Positions 1-7,924 of a stretch of DNA of 26,048 nucleotides are shown here, piece after piece. Under the pieces are notes generated by a model. It did no database searches. It saw only the letters and a program-made list of their open reading frames with translations, and had not been told where the DNA came from. Each line of letters starts with the position of its first letter. The stretch's first letter is position 1. The translations under genes and the position numbers were made by a program. The stretch is from a virus (taxonomy: Duplodnaviria > Caudoviricetes), in the IMG/VR virus record IMGVR_UViG_3300017774_003032, positions 1 to 26,048 of that record; one strand, 5' to 3'.

Positions 1-1
1 A

Positions 2-370
2 GCAGCAACTGGAAACACAACATTTACAGGCTCAGCAGGTTGGACTTGTGCGAATTTAATATGTTCAACAACCGGTAGAACAATTACATTAGCTAATAGT
101 TCATCTGGTGCCTCATATAGAACGACAACAAGTGCTTCATTAACTGCAACAGCTGCAGGTCCAATCTTAATGACCTCAAATAATGCTACAACAAGATCTC
201 TTTGGACATTAGATTATGGAGCACAACAATCTATGATTTACGTAAGTGGTACTCGAATTGATAGTTCGTTAGGTCAAACAATTTGGACCTTTGATGGTCT
301 TAGAACAGATACAGTTAATTGGGCTACAGGTTCAAGACCAGGAACATCAGCTTACACATTCGTTAATTAA
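2..370 (+). CDS. C-terminal part of a Thr/Ser/Gly-rich virion protein (tail fibre/adhesin-like), 5'-truncated by the window
   Basis: The frame of ORF 170..370 is open back to base 2 (AATGNTTFTGSAGWTCANLICSTTGRTITLANSSSG...), so ATG170 is probably internal. Composition suggests beta-rich structure. Lies upstream of the tail module. Confidence 0.6.
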   Translation, partial: AATGNTTFTGSAGWTCANLICSTTGRTITLANSSSGASYRTTTSASLTATAAGPILMTSNNATTRSLWTLDYGAQQSMIYVSGTRIDSSLGQTIWTFDGLRTDTVNWATGSRPGTSAYTFVN

Positions 371-380
371 TATTCAAGAC

Positions 381-388
381 TATTTATA
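381..388 (+). promoter_or_regulatory. TATTTATA motif (putative late promoter)
   Basis: Intergenic, 11 nt before ATG400. CAAGACTATTTATA at 375-388 is identical to 19234-19247. Confidence 0.65.
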
Positions 389-399
389 ATAAACAAGTT

Positions 400-681
400 A
401 TGGAACAAACAAAATTTACAACCGAAGAGCTTCAAAAAATAAAAGAGCTTCAAGACAAGTATCAAGTTTTAGGTATTCAATCAATCCAATTAAAGTTGGC
501 AAAAAAAAGTACAGAGGAATATCTGACTACTTTGAGCGATCAAGAATCACAACTCAACGAACAAATTTACAACGTTAATCAAGAGGAAAAAGATTTTGCA
601 AAAACATTAAGTGATAAATACGGAGTTGGATCATTAGATCTTGAATCCGGTTTATTTACACCTAACCAAGCAAAAAATTAA
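400..681 (+). CDS. Small coiled-coil hypothetical protein (possible fibre/assembly chaperone)
   Basis: 93 aa, helical and rich in Q/E/K/L, with a C-terminal KYGVGSLDLESGLF motif. Preceded by the recurrent upstream motif. Confidence 0.7.
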   Translation: MEQTKFTTEELQKIKELQDKYQVLGIQSIQLKLAKKSTEEYLTTLSDQESQLNEQIYNVNQEEKDFAKTLSDKYGVGSLDLESGLFTPNQAKN

Positions 682-702
682 CGTTTTGGTTATACGTTGT
701 GA

Positions 703-710
703 TATTTATT
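703..710 (+). promoter_or_regulatory. TATTTAT(T) motif (putative late promoter of the sheath gene)
   Basis: Intergenic, 22 nt before ATG733. Confidence 0.55.
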
Positions 711-732
711 ATCAAAATAAAATATACACAAC

Positions 733-3162
733 ATGGCTGAAAGATTAGTATCACCGGGGGTCTTTACGAACGAGAAAGACCTGTCATTTCTACCAGCTGG
801 TATTGCAAATATAGGCGCAGCAATCATTGGACCTACTTCAAAAGGTCCTGCTTTTGTGCCTACAGTTGTAAACAGCTTCGATGACTTTGCCGCCAGATTT
901 GGTGGTCTAAATGAAGAAACTTATGTACCCTACACTGTAAGAACTTACTTGCGAAATGCAGCAAGTGTTACTATTGTGAGAGTATTACAAATTAAAGGTT
1001 ACCGTGCAGGAGCATTCCAAATCATACACTCTTCCTCTTTAGGTCGTAAAGTAGTGGGTGTTTTAGTACCTAGTGCTAAAGTTGGAAGTAGTGATCAAAA
1101 AGACTTATCTGCAACAACAGTAACTGGATTAACAGCAGGTAGCATCAGTGCATCAGGATCAATAGGGTTAACAATAAGTGGTAGTGGTGTATCGGTTCAA
1201 TTAGTATCAGCATCAGGTCTATATACAAGTAATATATCATTTGATAAAGTATTTACTACATCTGTAAAATCACCTAAAAATGGATACTTGTACATGTACT
1301 TCAAAGATTACTTGTCAACAACTATAGGTGTATCGGGATCATTAGAATTCTACTCAGCATCTTGGACATCAACAGACAGCTCAGTAAACTTATCCGGATC
1401 ACTTGGTGGTGGAACAGCAAATTACTGGGGCTCTTACGGTCCAGCTGCAACTCCATACATCACATCACAACTAGTAGCCGGTCAAGACCCAGTACAATTA
1501 TTCCGCTTTGTAACATTAGGAGATGGTACTGACACAAATACAGCATATAAAATTTCAATTGTAAATAACATACTTCCAGGAGATGATCCAGCAAGTGATT
1601 ATGGATTGTTTACTGTTGTGATTCGCGATTACAATGACACAGATCAAAGACCAGTAGTACTAGAATCTTATTCAAACTGCTCACTCGATCCAAATTCTGC
1701 AAACTACATAGGAAGAAAAATCGGTACTAAATACTACACAGTAGATCCTACAAGTGGTGAATTATCACAAAGAGGTGACTATGATAATGTATCTAAGTAT
1801 GTTTATGTTGAAGTTGATGCAGCAGTAGCAGATGGTGGTATATCACCAGCTTTAAAGCCTTTTGGATTCCAAGGATTGTATCAACCATTTGTTGGATTGC
1901 ATTCTTTACCAACCGCATCATACGTTGCAGGTAGTCCAACTATTAACGGATTGTATAACAGAAAAGCTTACTACGGTTGGAATTTTTCTTCAGCAGACAA
2001 TGCAAACTACCTAAAACCAATTCCATCAGGATCCAGTGTAGCTGCAAACTCAAACTTTAACTTAGACAACTGCACAGTTCACCCAAGTGCATCTAAAGTT
2101 GATTCAAACTCAACATTTACTGGAGGAGCTAGTATATTAACATCAACATTCAAAGGATTGGATGTTCAATACATACTTAAATTTAATGTACCTTTACAAG
2201 GTGGATTTGATGGTATGGATCCAGCAATCACTAGAAAAGTTGGTGCTAATATCGTAGGTTCAAACTTATTTGGATTTGATTGCTCATCACAAGGACGTCC
2301 AGGTGCAGATGCATATGTAAAAGCGCTAAACGTACTTGGAAATGGTGATCAGTACGACATCAATCTAATGGTAACACCAGGTGCAACAATCGCGGATCAT
2401 GCAGTAATTGTTAATAAGGCGATTGAAGTAGCAGAGGATCGTGGAGATACGTTTGTAATTGCTGACCCAGTAGTTCAAGGCTCAACATTAGGATCTGCAG
2501 TATCAGCAGTAGCTAACTCAGGAATTGATAGCAACTACGTAGCAACATACTGGCCATGGGTTAAAATCCTAGACACAGATAAAAATAAGCCAGTTTGGGT
2601 ACCACCATCAGTAGTAATTCCAGGAGTACTTGCTTATAACGATAACGTAGCATTTGAATGGTTTGCTCCTGCAGGTTTAAATAGAGGTGGCATTCCATCA
2701 GCGATAGATATCGAAACTAAACTAAGCTTCACTCAGAGAGATAACCTCTACGAAAACAGAATTAACCCAATCGCAACATTCCCAGCACAAGGAATCTGCG
2801 TATGGGGTCAGAAAACACTTCAAACAAGACCATCTGCTCTAGATAGAATTAATGTACGTAGATTGTTAATTGCACTCAAGAAGTTTATCGCAAGTTCGAC
2901 TCGCTACTTAGTATTTGAAAACAATACAACACAAACACGTCAGCGCTTCATTAATATTGTTGAACCATATCTTACAACTGTACAGCAAAGACAAGGTTTA
3001 TTTGCTTTCAGAGTAGTGATGGATGAAACAAACAATACACCAGATATAATCGATCGTAATCTATTATATGGTCAGATATTCATTCAGCCAGCAAAAACAG
3101 CTGAATTTATTGTAATTGACTTCAATATACTGCCTACTGGAGCAACTTTTGATAATGCTTAA
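733..3162 (+). CDS. Contractile tail sheath protein (T4 gp18-like)
   Basis: N-terminal SPGVFTNEKDLS and IIGPTSKGPAFVPT. C-terminal YWPW, WFAPAGLNRG, INPIATFP, WGQKTLQ, LDRINVRRLLI, FENN and IQPAKTAEFIVIDF are hallmark sheath motifs. Confidence 0.97.
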   Translation: MAERLVSPGVFTNEKDLSFLPAGIANIGAAIIGPTSKGPAFVPTVVNSFDDFAARFGGLNEETYVPYTVRTYLRNAASVTIVRVLQIKGYRAGAFQIIHSSSLGRKVVGVLVPSAKVGSSDQKDLSATTVTGLTAGSISASGSIGLTISGSGVSVQLVSASGLYTSNISFDKVFTTSVKSPKNGYLYMYFKDYLSTTIGVSGSLEFYSASWTSTDSSVNLSGSLGGGTANYWGSYGPAATPYITSQLVAGQDPVQLFRFVTLGDGTDTNTAYKISIVNNILPGDDPASDYGLFTVVIRDYNDTDQRPVVLESYSNCSLDPNSANYIGRKIGTKYYTVDPTSGELSQRGDYDNVSKYVYVEVDAAVADGGISPALKPFGFQGLYQPFVGLHSLPTASYVAGSPTINGLYNRKAYYGWNFSSADNANYLKPIPSGSSVAANSNFNLDNCTVHPSASKVDSNSTFTGGASILTSTFKGLDVQYILKFNVPLQGGFDGMDPAITRKVGANIVGSNLFGFDCSSQGRPGADAYVKALNVLGNGDQYDINLMVTPGATIADHAVIVNKAIEVAEDRGDTFVIADPVVQGSTLGSAVSAVANSGIDSNYVATYWPWVKILDTDKNKPVWVPPSVVIPGVLAYNDNVAFEWFAPAGLNRGGIPSAIDIETKLSFTQRDNLYENRINPIATFPAQGICVWGQKTLQTRPSALDRINVRRLLIALKKFIASSTRYLVFENNTTQTRQRFINIVEPYLTTVQQRQGLFAFRVVMDETNNTPDIIDRNLLYGQIFIQPAKTAEFIVIDFNILPTGATFDNA

Positions 3163-3170
3163 TATATATA
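3163..3170 (+). promoter_or_regulatory. TATATATA variant of the putative late promoter
   Basis: Followed by AGAAATAAAGACACATG, similar to TATTTATAAGAAATAAGGATACACCTATG at 21343-21371. Confidence 0.45.
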
Positions 3171-3184
3171 AGAAATAAAGACAC

Positions 3185-3676
3185 ATGGCAACACTAATTC
3201 CGCAAACAGATTCGATGTTCACTTCGTTTGAGCCTAAAGTACAAAATAGGTTTATTCTACGTGATACAGGTGGCATCCCAGCATTCATAGTTAAAAAAGT
3301 AAACAGACCGCAGATGGAATGTGGTGAAGTTCTACTAAATCACATCAACGTACAGCAAAAATTTAAAGGAATTTGTAAGTGGGGCGATGTTACAATGACC
3401 TTATACGATCCTATTGTACCTTCCGGTGCACAAAAAGTAATGGAGTGGGTACGTACTGGCCACGAATCAACAACTGGTCGAGATGGATATGCTCAATTTT
3501 ACAAACGTAACTTGACAATTGATGTACTTGGTCCAGTAGGTGATGAAGTTGAAAGATGGAGATTGTGGGGTGCATTCATTAAAACATCAAACTTTGGTGA
3601 TATGGATTGGGCTACAGAAACTCAAATTGAGATCCAGCTTACGCTTGCAATTGATTACGCAGTACTAGAATACTAA
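3185..3676 (+). CDS. Tail tube protein (T4 gp19-like)
   Basis: 163 aa directly after the sheath gene. Motifs FEPKVQNRF, WGDVTMTLYDP, VMEW, ERWRLWGAF, FGDMDW and LTLAIDYA. Confidence 0.92.
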   Translation: MATLIPQTDSMFTSFEPKVQNRFILRDTGGIPAFIVKKVNRPQMECGEVLLNHINVQQKFKGICKWGDVTMTLYDPIVPSGAQKVMEWVRTGHESTTGRDGYAQFYKRNLTIDVLGPVGDEVERWRLWGAFIKTSNFGDMDWATETQIEIQLTLAIDYAVLEY

Positions 3677-3692
3677 TAATAAATTACACCTG

Positions 3693-3729
3693 AAGAAAGC
3701 CAGTCTCGAAAGAGCTGGTTTTCTTTTTT
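3693..3729 (+). terminator. Rho-independent terminator after the tail tube gene
   Basis: AAGAAAGCCAG-T-CTC-GAAA-GAG-CTGGTTTTCTT hairpin with a GAAA loop, followed by a T tract. Confidence 0.85.
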
Positions 3730-3734
3730 CTCTA

Positions 3735-3742
3735 TATTTATA
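3735..3742 (+). promoter_or_regulatory. TATTTATA motif (putative late promoter)
   Basis: Immediately after the terminator, 15 nt before ATG3758. Confidence 0.65.
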
Positions 3743-3757
3743 AGAAAGTTATATACT

Positions 3758-4594
3758 ATGTCAAAAGTAACAGAAGTTTCAGATGAACAATTAAAAGCTA
3801 TGATCACTGGTAATTACCAGAATGTAGCAAAAGAATCAACACCAGACGTACCAACAGAGGTAATTGAATTACCAAGTAAAGGTTGGTTTTATCCGCAAGG
3901 ACATCCATTAGCATCGGGTAGGATCGAAATGAGGTATATGACCGCTAAAGAGGAAGATATACTCACATCTCAAAATCTAATCAAACAAGGGGTTGTAATT
4001 GACAAACTCCTTCAAGCATTAATTGTAGATAAATTTAATTACAGCGATCTATTGGTTATTGATAAAAATGCATTGTTTATCGCAGCGAGGGTGCTTGGTT
4101 ATGGAAAAGATTACGAGGTGGAAGTAGCTTGTCCGGCTTGTGGTGAAAAATCAAGACATACAGTTGATTTAACTACATTCGAATCAAAAGAGATTGATTT
4201 TGATAAGTTTACAAAAGGCCAAAACGCAATAGAATTCACACTACCGGCATCTAAGAAAACTTTAACGCTAAAGTTTCTTACACATGGTGATGAAAAGGCA
4301 ATTGAGGATGAATTAAAGGGCCTCAAAAAGATGAATGCGCTTACAAAAGTGGACTCAGAACTTACAACTAGAATGAAATACATTATTACTGCAGTTGATG
4401 GTAACCCAGATGCAGTAACATCTAGCTTTGTAAATAGTATGCTAGCCGTAGATTCCCTTGCATTACGTAAATATTTAAAAGAGATTACACCTGATATTGA
4501 TACAACTTTCAGCTATGTGTGCCCACACTGCGGACACGAGAATGAAAAAATACAGGTACCGATCGACGTGTCCTTTTTTTGGCCTGGGGTCTGA
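3758..4594 (+). CDS. Baseplate hub / tail assembly chaperone (T4 gp26-like)
   Basis: IELPSKG, MRYMTAKEEDIL and ARVLGYG motifs, two CxxC knuckles (CPACG, CPHCG) and a C-terminal SFFWP. Lies between the tube and tape measure genes. Confidence 0.85.
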   Translation: MSKVTEVSDEQLKAMITGNYQNVAKESTPDVPTEVIELPSKGWFYPQGHPLASGRIEMRYMTAKEEDILTSQNLIKQGVVIDKLLQALIVDKFNYSDLLVIDKNALFIAARVLGYGKDYEVEVACPACGEKSRHTVDLTTFESKEIDFDKFTKGQNAIEFTLPASKKTLTLKFLTHGDEKAIEDELKGLKKMNALTKVDSELTTRMKYIITAVDGNPDAVTSSFVNSMLAVDSLALRKYLKEITPDIDTTFSYVCPHCGHENEKIQVPIDVSFFWPGV

Positions 4595-4784
4595 TTATCG
4601 ACCCCTTATATTCGACCAGATCTTTGATCTGATGTATTACGGAAAAATGGGCTTCACATTCAAAGAGCTTTATAATTTACCAGTGTGGCTAAGGAGATAT
4701 TACTACTTAAAGCTGGCAGATGTAAAGAAGAAGGAGCAGGAAGCTGAAGAAGAAGCTTACAAAAACGCTACTAAAAAAAGATAG
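4572..4784 (+). CDS. gp51-like chaperone extension, probably expressed by frameshifting from the upstream gene
   Basis: FFGLGSDYRPLIFDQIFDLMYYGKMGFTFKELYNLPVWLRRYY resembles gp51-like/GT-type segments. The ORF-caller start at 4497 is TTG inside the upstream gene. Protein-like sequence begins at the T7 run 4574-4580. Confidence 0.7.
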   Translation, partial: PFFGLGSDYRPLIFDQIFDLMYYGKMGFTFKELYNLPVWLRRYYYLKLADVKKKEQEAEEEAYKNATKKR

Positions 4785-4785
4785 T

Positions 4786-4836
4786 GTAATACTCAATGAG
4801 TTATATAACTTGTTGGGTATTACTATGTTTATTTTT
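4786..4836 (+). terminator. Long hairpin / probable terminator after the chaperone genes
   Basis: GTAATACTCAATGAGTTA/TAACTTGTTGGGTATTAC inverted repeat (4786-4823, includes G-U pairs) followed by T-rich TATGTTTATTTTT. Confidence 0.65.
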
Positions 4837-4844
4837 GTACAAAG

Positions 4845-4876
4845 GTTGTTTTTTTAAGAAAAAGGTCTGATCTTTA
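4845..4876 (+). promoter_or_regulatory. Putative early promoter GTTGTTTTTTT-N9-GTCwGATCTTTA
   Basis: Near copy of 24029-24060 with the same spacing (TTG start to GATCTTTA start = 23 nt). Confidence 0.65.
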
Positions 4877-4900
4877 GATATAACATAAAAAAACAAGATT

Positions 4901-5392
4901 ATGAACTTCTTCAAGAGTATTATAAACGCAGCTGGTCAATTGCTAGAACACCTACTTGTTTTAACCTTATTAGCAGTACTGAGACACAACTTTCGTTGGG
5001 CTTACTACCCTATTAAGTGGTTTGTCTCAACAATACTAGCACTGGGATTATCGGCAATTTTAGCTGTGGTTTTCAAACTCCTATTTGGTGTTAGTGAAGC
5101 GTGGCTTGGTGATCTTATGTATAGCATTGGTACAAGCACAAACATTGCTGGTGCAGGAATTGTATTTGTTGTATGGTTATTAGTATTTGGTTCATATACA
5201 AATTATATATTAAGTGATATTGTTTTGTTGGCAGAAGGTATGTTATACGGTACTGGTAATGTAACAAAGCTCACAACTAAGCAATCTATTTTATGGAATT
5301 TATATGGTGTGGTTGTTTATGTGTTTGTATTTTTTAGAATAATTAACATAGGTATAAGCGGTCAAACTAGTCTGTTTGGTATTTGGAGCTAA
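4901..5392 (+). CDS. Multi-pass membrane protein (moron-like insertion)
   Basis: 163 aa with about four hydrophobic segments. Has its own promoter-like element and terminator, and is T/G-richer than its neighbours. Confidence 0.75.
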   Translation: MNFFKSIINAAGQLLEHLLVLTLLAVLRHNFRWAYYPIKWFVSTILALGLSAILAVVFKLLFGVSEAWLGDLMYSIGTSTNIAGAGIVFVVWLLVFGSYTNYILSDIVLLAEGMLYGTGNVTKLTTKQSILWNLYGVVVYVFVFFRIINIGISGQTSLFGIWS

Positions 5393-5414
5393 GCATAATA
5401 ACTATCTAATAATT

Positions 5415-5444
5415 AAGGGAGTTCAAACGAACTCCTTTTTTTTT
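5415..5444 (+). terminator. Rho-independent terminator
   Basis: AAGGGAGTTC-AAAC-GAACTCCTTT hairpin ending in a T9 run. Confidence 0.9.
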
Positions 5445-5447
5445 AGA

Positions 5448-5455
5448 TATTTATA
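5448..5455 (+). promoter_or_regulatory. TATTTATA motif (putative late promoter)
   Basis: Directly after the terminator, 16 nt before ATG5472. Confidence 0.65.
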
Positions 5456-5471
5456 TGTATAATCACACTTA

Positions 5472-7904
5472 ATGGCAAATCAAGCAAATTTTGATTTTGA
5501 CGATTTTGCAAGTAAATTACAAGCAGCGATAGTCAAAGCAGTATCACAAGGTACGAAGGGTGGATCGCAAACAAAATCTACAAGCATCCTTAACAACATG
5601 GGTACTAGCAAAAGCTTTGTTGGTGACATGAAAAAGGCTGTTGATGAGTATGGAAAAGCTCAACAAAGTCAAGCATTAGCCAATAAAGCTAAACAACTAA
5701 GTCTACAAGAAGGCATATCACTACAGGCAGCAGAGCTTAGAATTGCTGTTGAGCGTACAAAAAAGGCAAATGAGATTGCTATTAAACAAAAAGAAATAAA
5801 TATAGCTCAATTAGAAAGTTTAGCATATCAACAAAGTCTACTGGGGAATACTAATAAAGTAACAAAACTACTTGCTAGAAAAGCTGAACTAGAAGCTGAT
5901 GTTAGTGGACTTCAAAAGCAAAATAAAGAAATCGACAAACTAGCAGCCAAAAGAGAAAAGCAGTTAAAACAAGATGAGTTAGCTTCAAAGCCAGAAAAAG
6001 CTAGAGTGGTTCAAGCTCAACTTCTTGAAAAAGCGTATGATAAAGCTAAAGATGCAATATTACTCTTTTATAGAGAAGGCCAAACAGCAACACAGGCAAT
6101 TAAATCAGCTCTTGATTCCATTACCGTTGGTTCAGTAATTTTTGGTCAAAAGACAGCACAAGCAAATGTAGCAATTCAAAACACAATCGGTGACTTATCA
6201 CAAGCAACTGGAGAAGCTGCAGATCAAGCATCTAGACTAGCTTTAGTTACAGGAGCTTCAGCTGAAACAGTCGGAAAACTTACAGGAGAACTAAGTCAAT
6301 TACCAAATCAAACATTACAATCCGCTAATAACACATCTAAGTTTGCTGCAAATCTAGCACGCTCTGCAAATGTTGCACCTGGTAAGGTATTGGGTGCAAT
6401 GGCTAATAATACAGAAGAGATAGCAAAATTCTCAGCTGCAGGTGGTCAAAATTTTGCAAGAGCTGCTGTAGGTGCACAAAAAATGGGAGTTGAGGTAACT
6501 AAAATAGCAGCAGCCGCCGAAGCTTTGTTGGATTTTGAAAACTCAATTAATAAGCAGATGGAAGCTTCTGTTTTATTGGGTAGAGAGATAAATTTTGATA
6601 GAGCTAGAGAACTTGCACTACAAGGAGACTTAGTAGGTGCAACACAAAGCATGCTTACACAACTAGGTGGTGAAGCTGAGTTTAATAGAATGAATCTTTT
6701 ACAGAAAAAGAAATTGGCTGAGTCAATGGGAATGTCTGTTGCGGATTTAGGTAAGTTAGTAAAGAATCAAGATAAATTTAACGAATCTCAAAAAGAAGCC
6801 ATTGCCAATGGTTCATCACTGGATGAGGTATTAGCTATGGGTGGTAGTACATTTGATAGATTTAAAAATCTAGCAACTCAAAATAAAGATACACTACTAC
6901 TTGGATTACTAACTCTAAAACAATATCCTGGCGTATTGAATACAGCTACGAAAGGAGCAGGTCTTCTACTTAAGCCGTTTACAATGCTGGGATCGACAGT
7001 TGGTGGTTTACTTACAAAAATACCACTACTAAATAAGTTAACAAGTAGCAAACCACCAACACCTAGTCCCACTCCAGACACTGGTTCTATTTCAAAAATA
7101 AACATAGGTGCATTACTTAAAGGAGCAGCTGCAATGGCAATTGCTTCTGTGGGTATTTTTATATTTGCTAAGGCTGTACAAGAGCTTGCTAAAGTAGAGG
7201 ATTGGGGAAGAGTTGCGATTGGATTGGGATTATTTGTAGGATCAATGCTAGCACTAAGTCTAATAGGACCAATTGCAGCCGGAGCACTATACATACTCTC
7301 ACCAGCACTATTAGCTTTTGGAGCTGCTGTTCTATTAATGGGTGCAGGAGTAGCACTTGCAGCTACGGGACTATCATTGTTTATGGAAACTTTAACGACT
7401 GTACCAATAGAGAATTTATTAGCAATAGGACCAGCTTTCTTGGGAATTGGAGTTGGAATACTAGCTATAGCAGGAGCTGCAGCACTTATAGCTCCAGCAT
7501 CAGTAGGCTTTGGATTATTTTTTGGTGTACTTGCTTTAGGATCTGTAGCAGTAGCTATGGTAGCCTTTAGTGTTGAAAAAATGGCAAATTCATCAAAAGG
7601 CCTGACAGAAGCGGGAGTAGCGTTAGTTGGTATGGGAACTGGATTGGCTTCAATAGCTACGAATGGAATTAGAGCATTGCCGGTTATAGGTGCGTTGATG
7701 GGTCTGGCAACAGTTGCACCAGCCCTCGCTAAGCTTAGCGATCTACTTGGTGGAGGTGGAGGTGGTAGTGGAGAAGATGATGCATTACTAGCTGAGATAA
7801 GAGGACTTAGAGAAGACTTGAAAAGGCCAGTACCAATTAACATTGATGGTAGGAAATTGTCAGACTTTTTAAGATTAGCTACAAATACAACTGCCTTTAC
7901 ATAA
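5472..7904 (+). CDS. Tail tape measure protein
   Basis: 810 aa, Ala/Leu/Gly-rich and helical. Contains LLDFENSINKQMEASVLLGREINFDRARELAL, a hydrophobic C-terminal third and a terminal INIDGRKL. Located after the chaperones. Confidence 0.88.
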   Translation: MANQANFDFDDFASKLQAAIVKAVSQGTKGGSQTKSTSILNNMGTSKSFVGDMKKAVDEYGKAQQSQALANKAKQLSLQEGISLQAAELRIAVERTKKANEIAIKQKEINIAQLESLAYQQSLLGNTNKVTKLLARKAELEADVSGLQKQNKEIDKLAAKREKQLKQDELASKPEKARVVQAQLLEKAYDKAKDAILLFYREGQTATQAIKSALDSITVGSVIFGQKTAQANVAIQNTIGDLSQATGEAADQASRLALVTGASAETVGKLTGELSQLPNQTLQSANNTSKFAANLARSANVAPGKVLGAMANNTEEIAKFSAAGGQNFARAAVGAQKMGVEVTKIAAAAEALLDFENSINKQMEASVLLGREINFDRARELALQGDLVGATQSMLTQLGGEAEFNRMNLLQKKKLAESMGMSVADLGKLVKNQDKFNESQKEAIANGSSLDEVLAMGGSTFDRFKNLATQNKDTLLLGLLTLKQYPGVLNTATKGAGLLLKPFTMLGSTVGGLLTKIPLLNKLTSSKPPTPSPTPDTGSISKINIGALLKGAAAMAIASVGIFIFAKAVQELAKVEDWGRVAIGLGLFVGSMLALSLIGPIAAGALYILSPALLAFGAAVLLMGAGVALAATGLSLFMETLTTVPIENLLAIGPAFLGIGVGILAIAGAAALIAPASVGFGLFFGVLALGSVAVAMVAFSVEKMANSSKGLTEAGVALVGMGTGLASIATNGIRALPVIGALMGLATVAPALAKLSDLLGGGGGGSGEDDALLAEIRGLREDLKRPVPINIDGRKLSDFLRLATNTTAFT

Positions 7905-7924
7905 ACTTAAAAAAGTAAAATATT

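Noticed and set aside
6878-7843. 321-aa minus-strand ORF (and + strand alternative-frame ORF 7202-7570)
   Set aside because: Shadow of the Ala/Gly/Leu-rich tape measure C-terminus. No motifs or expression signals.
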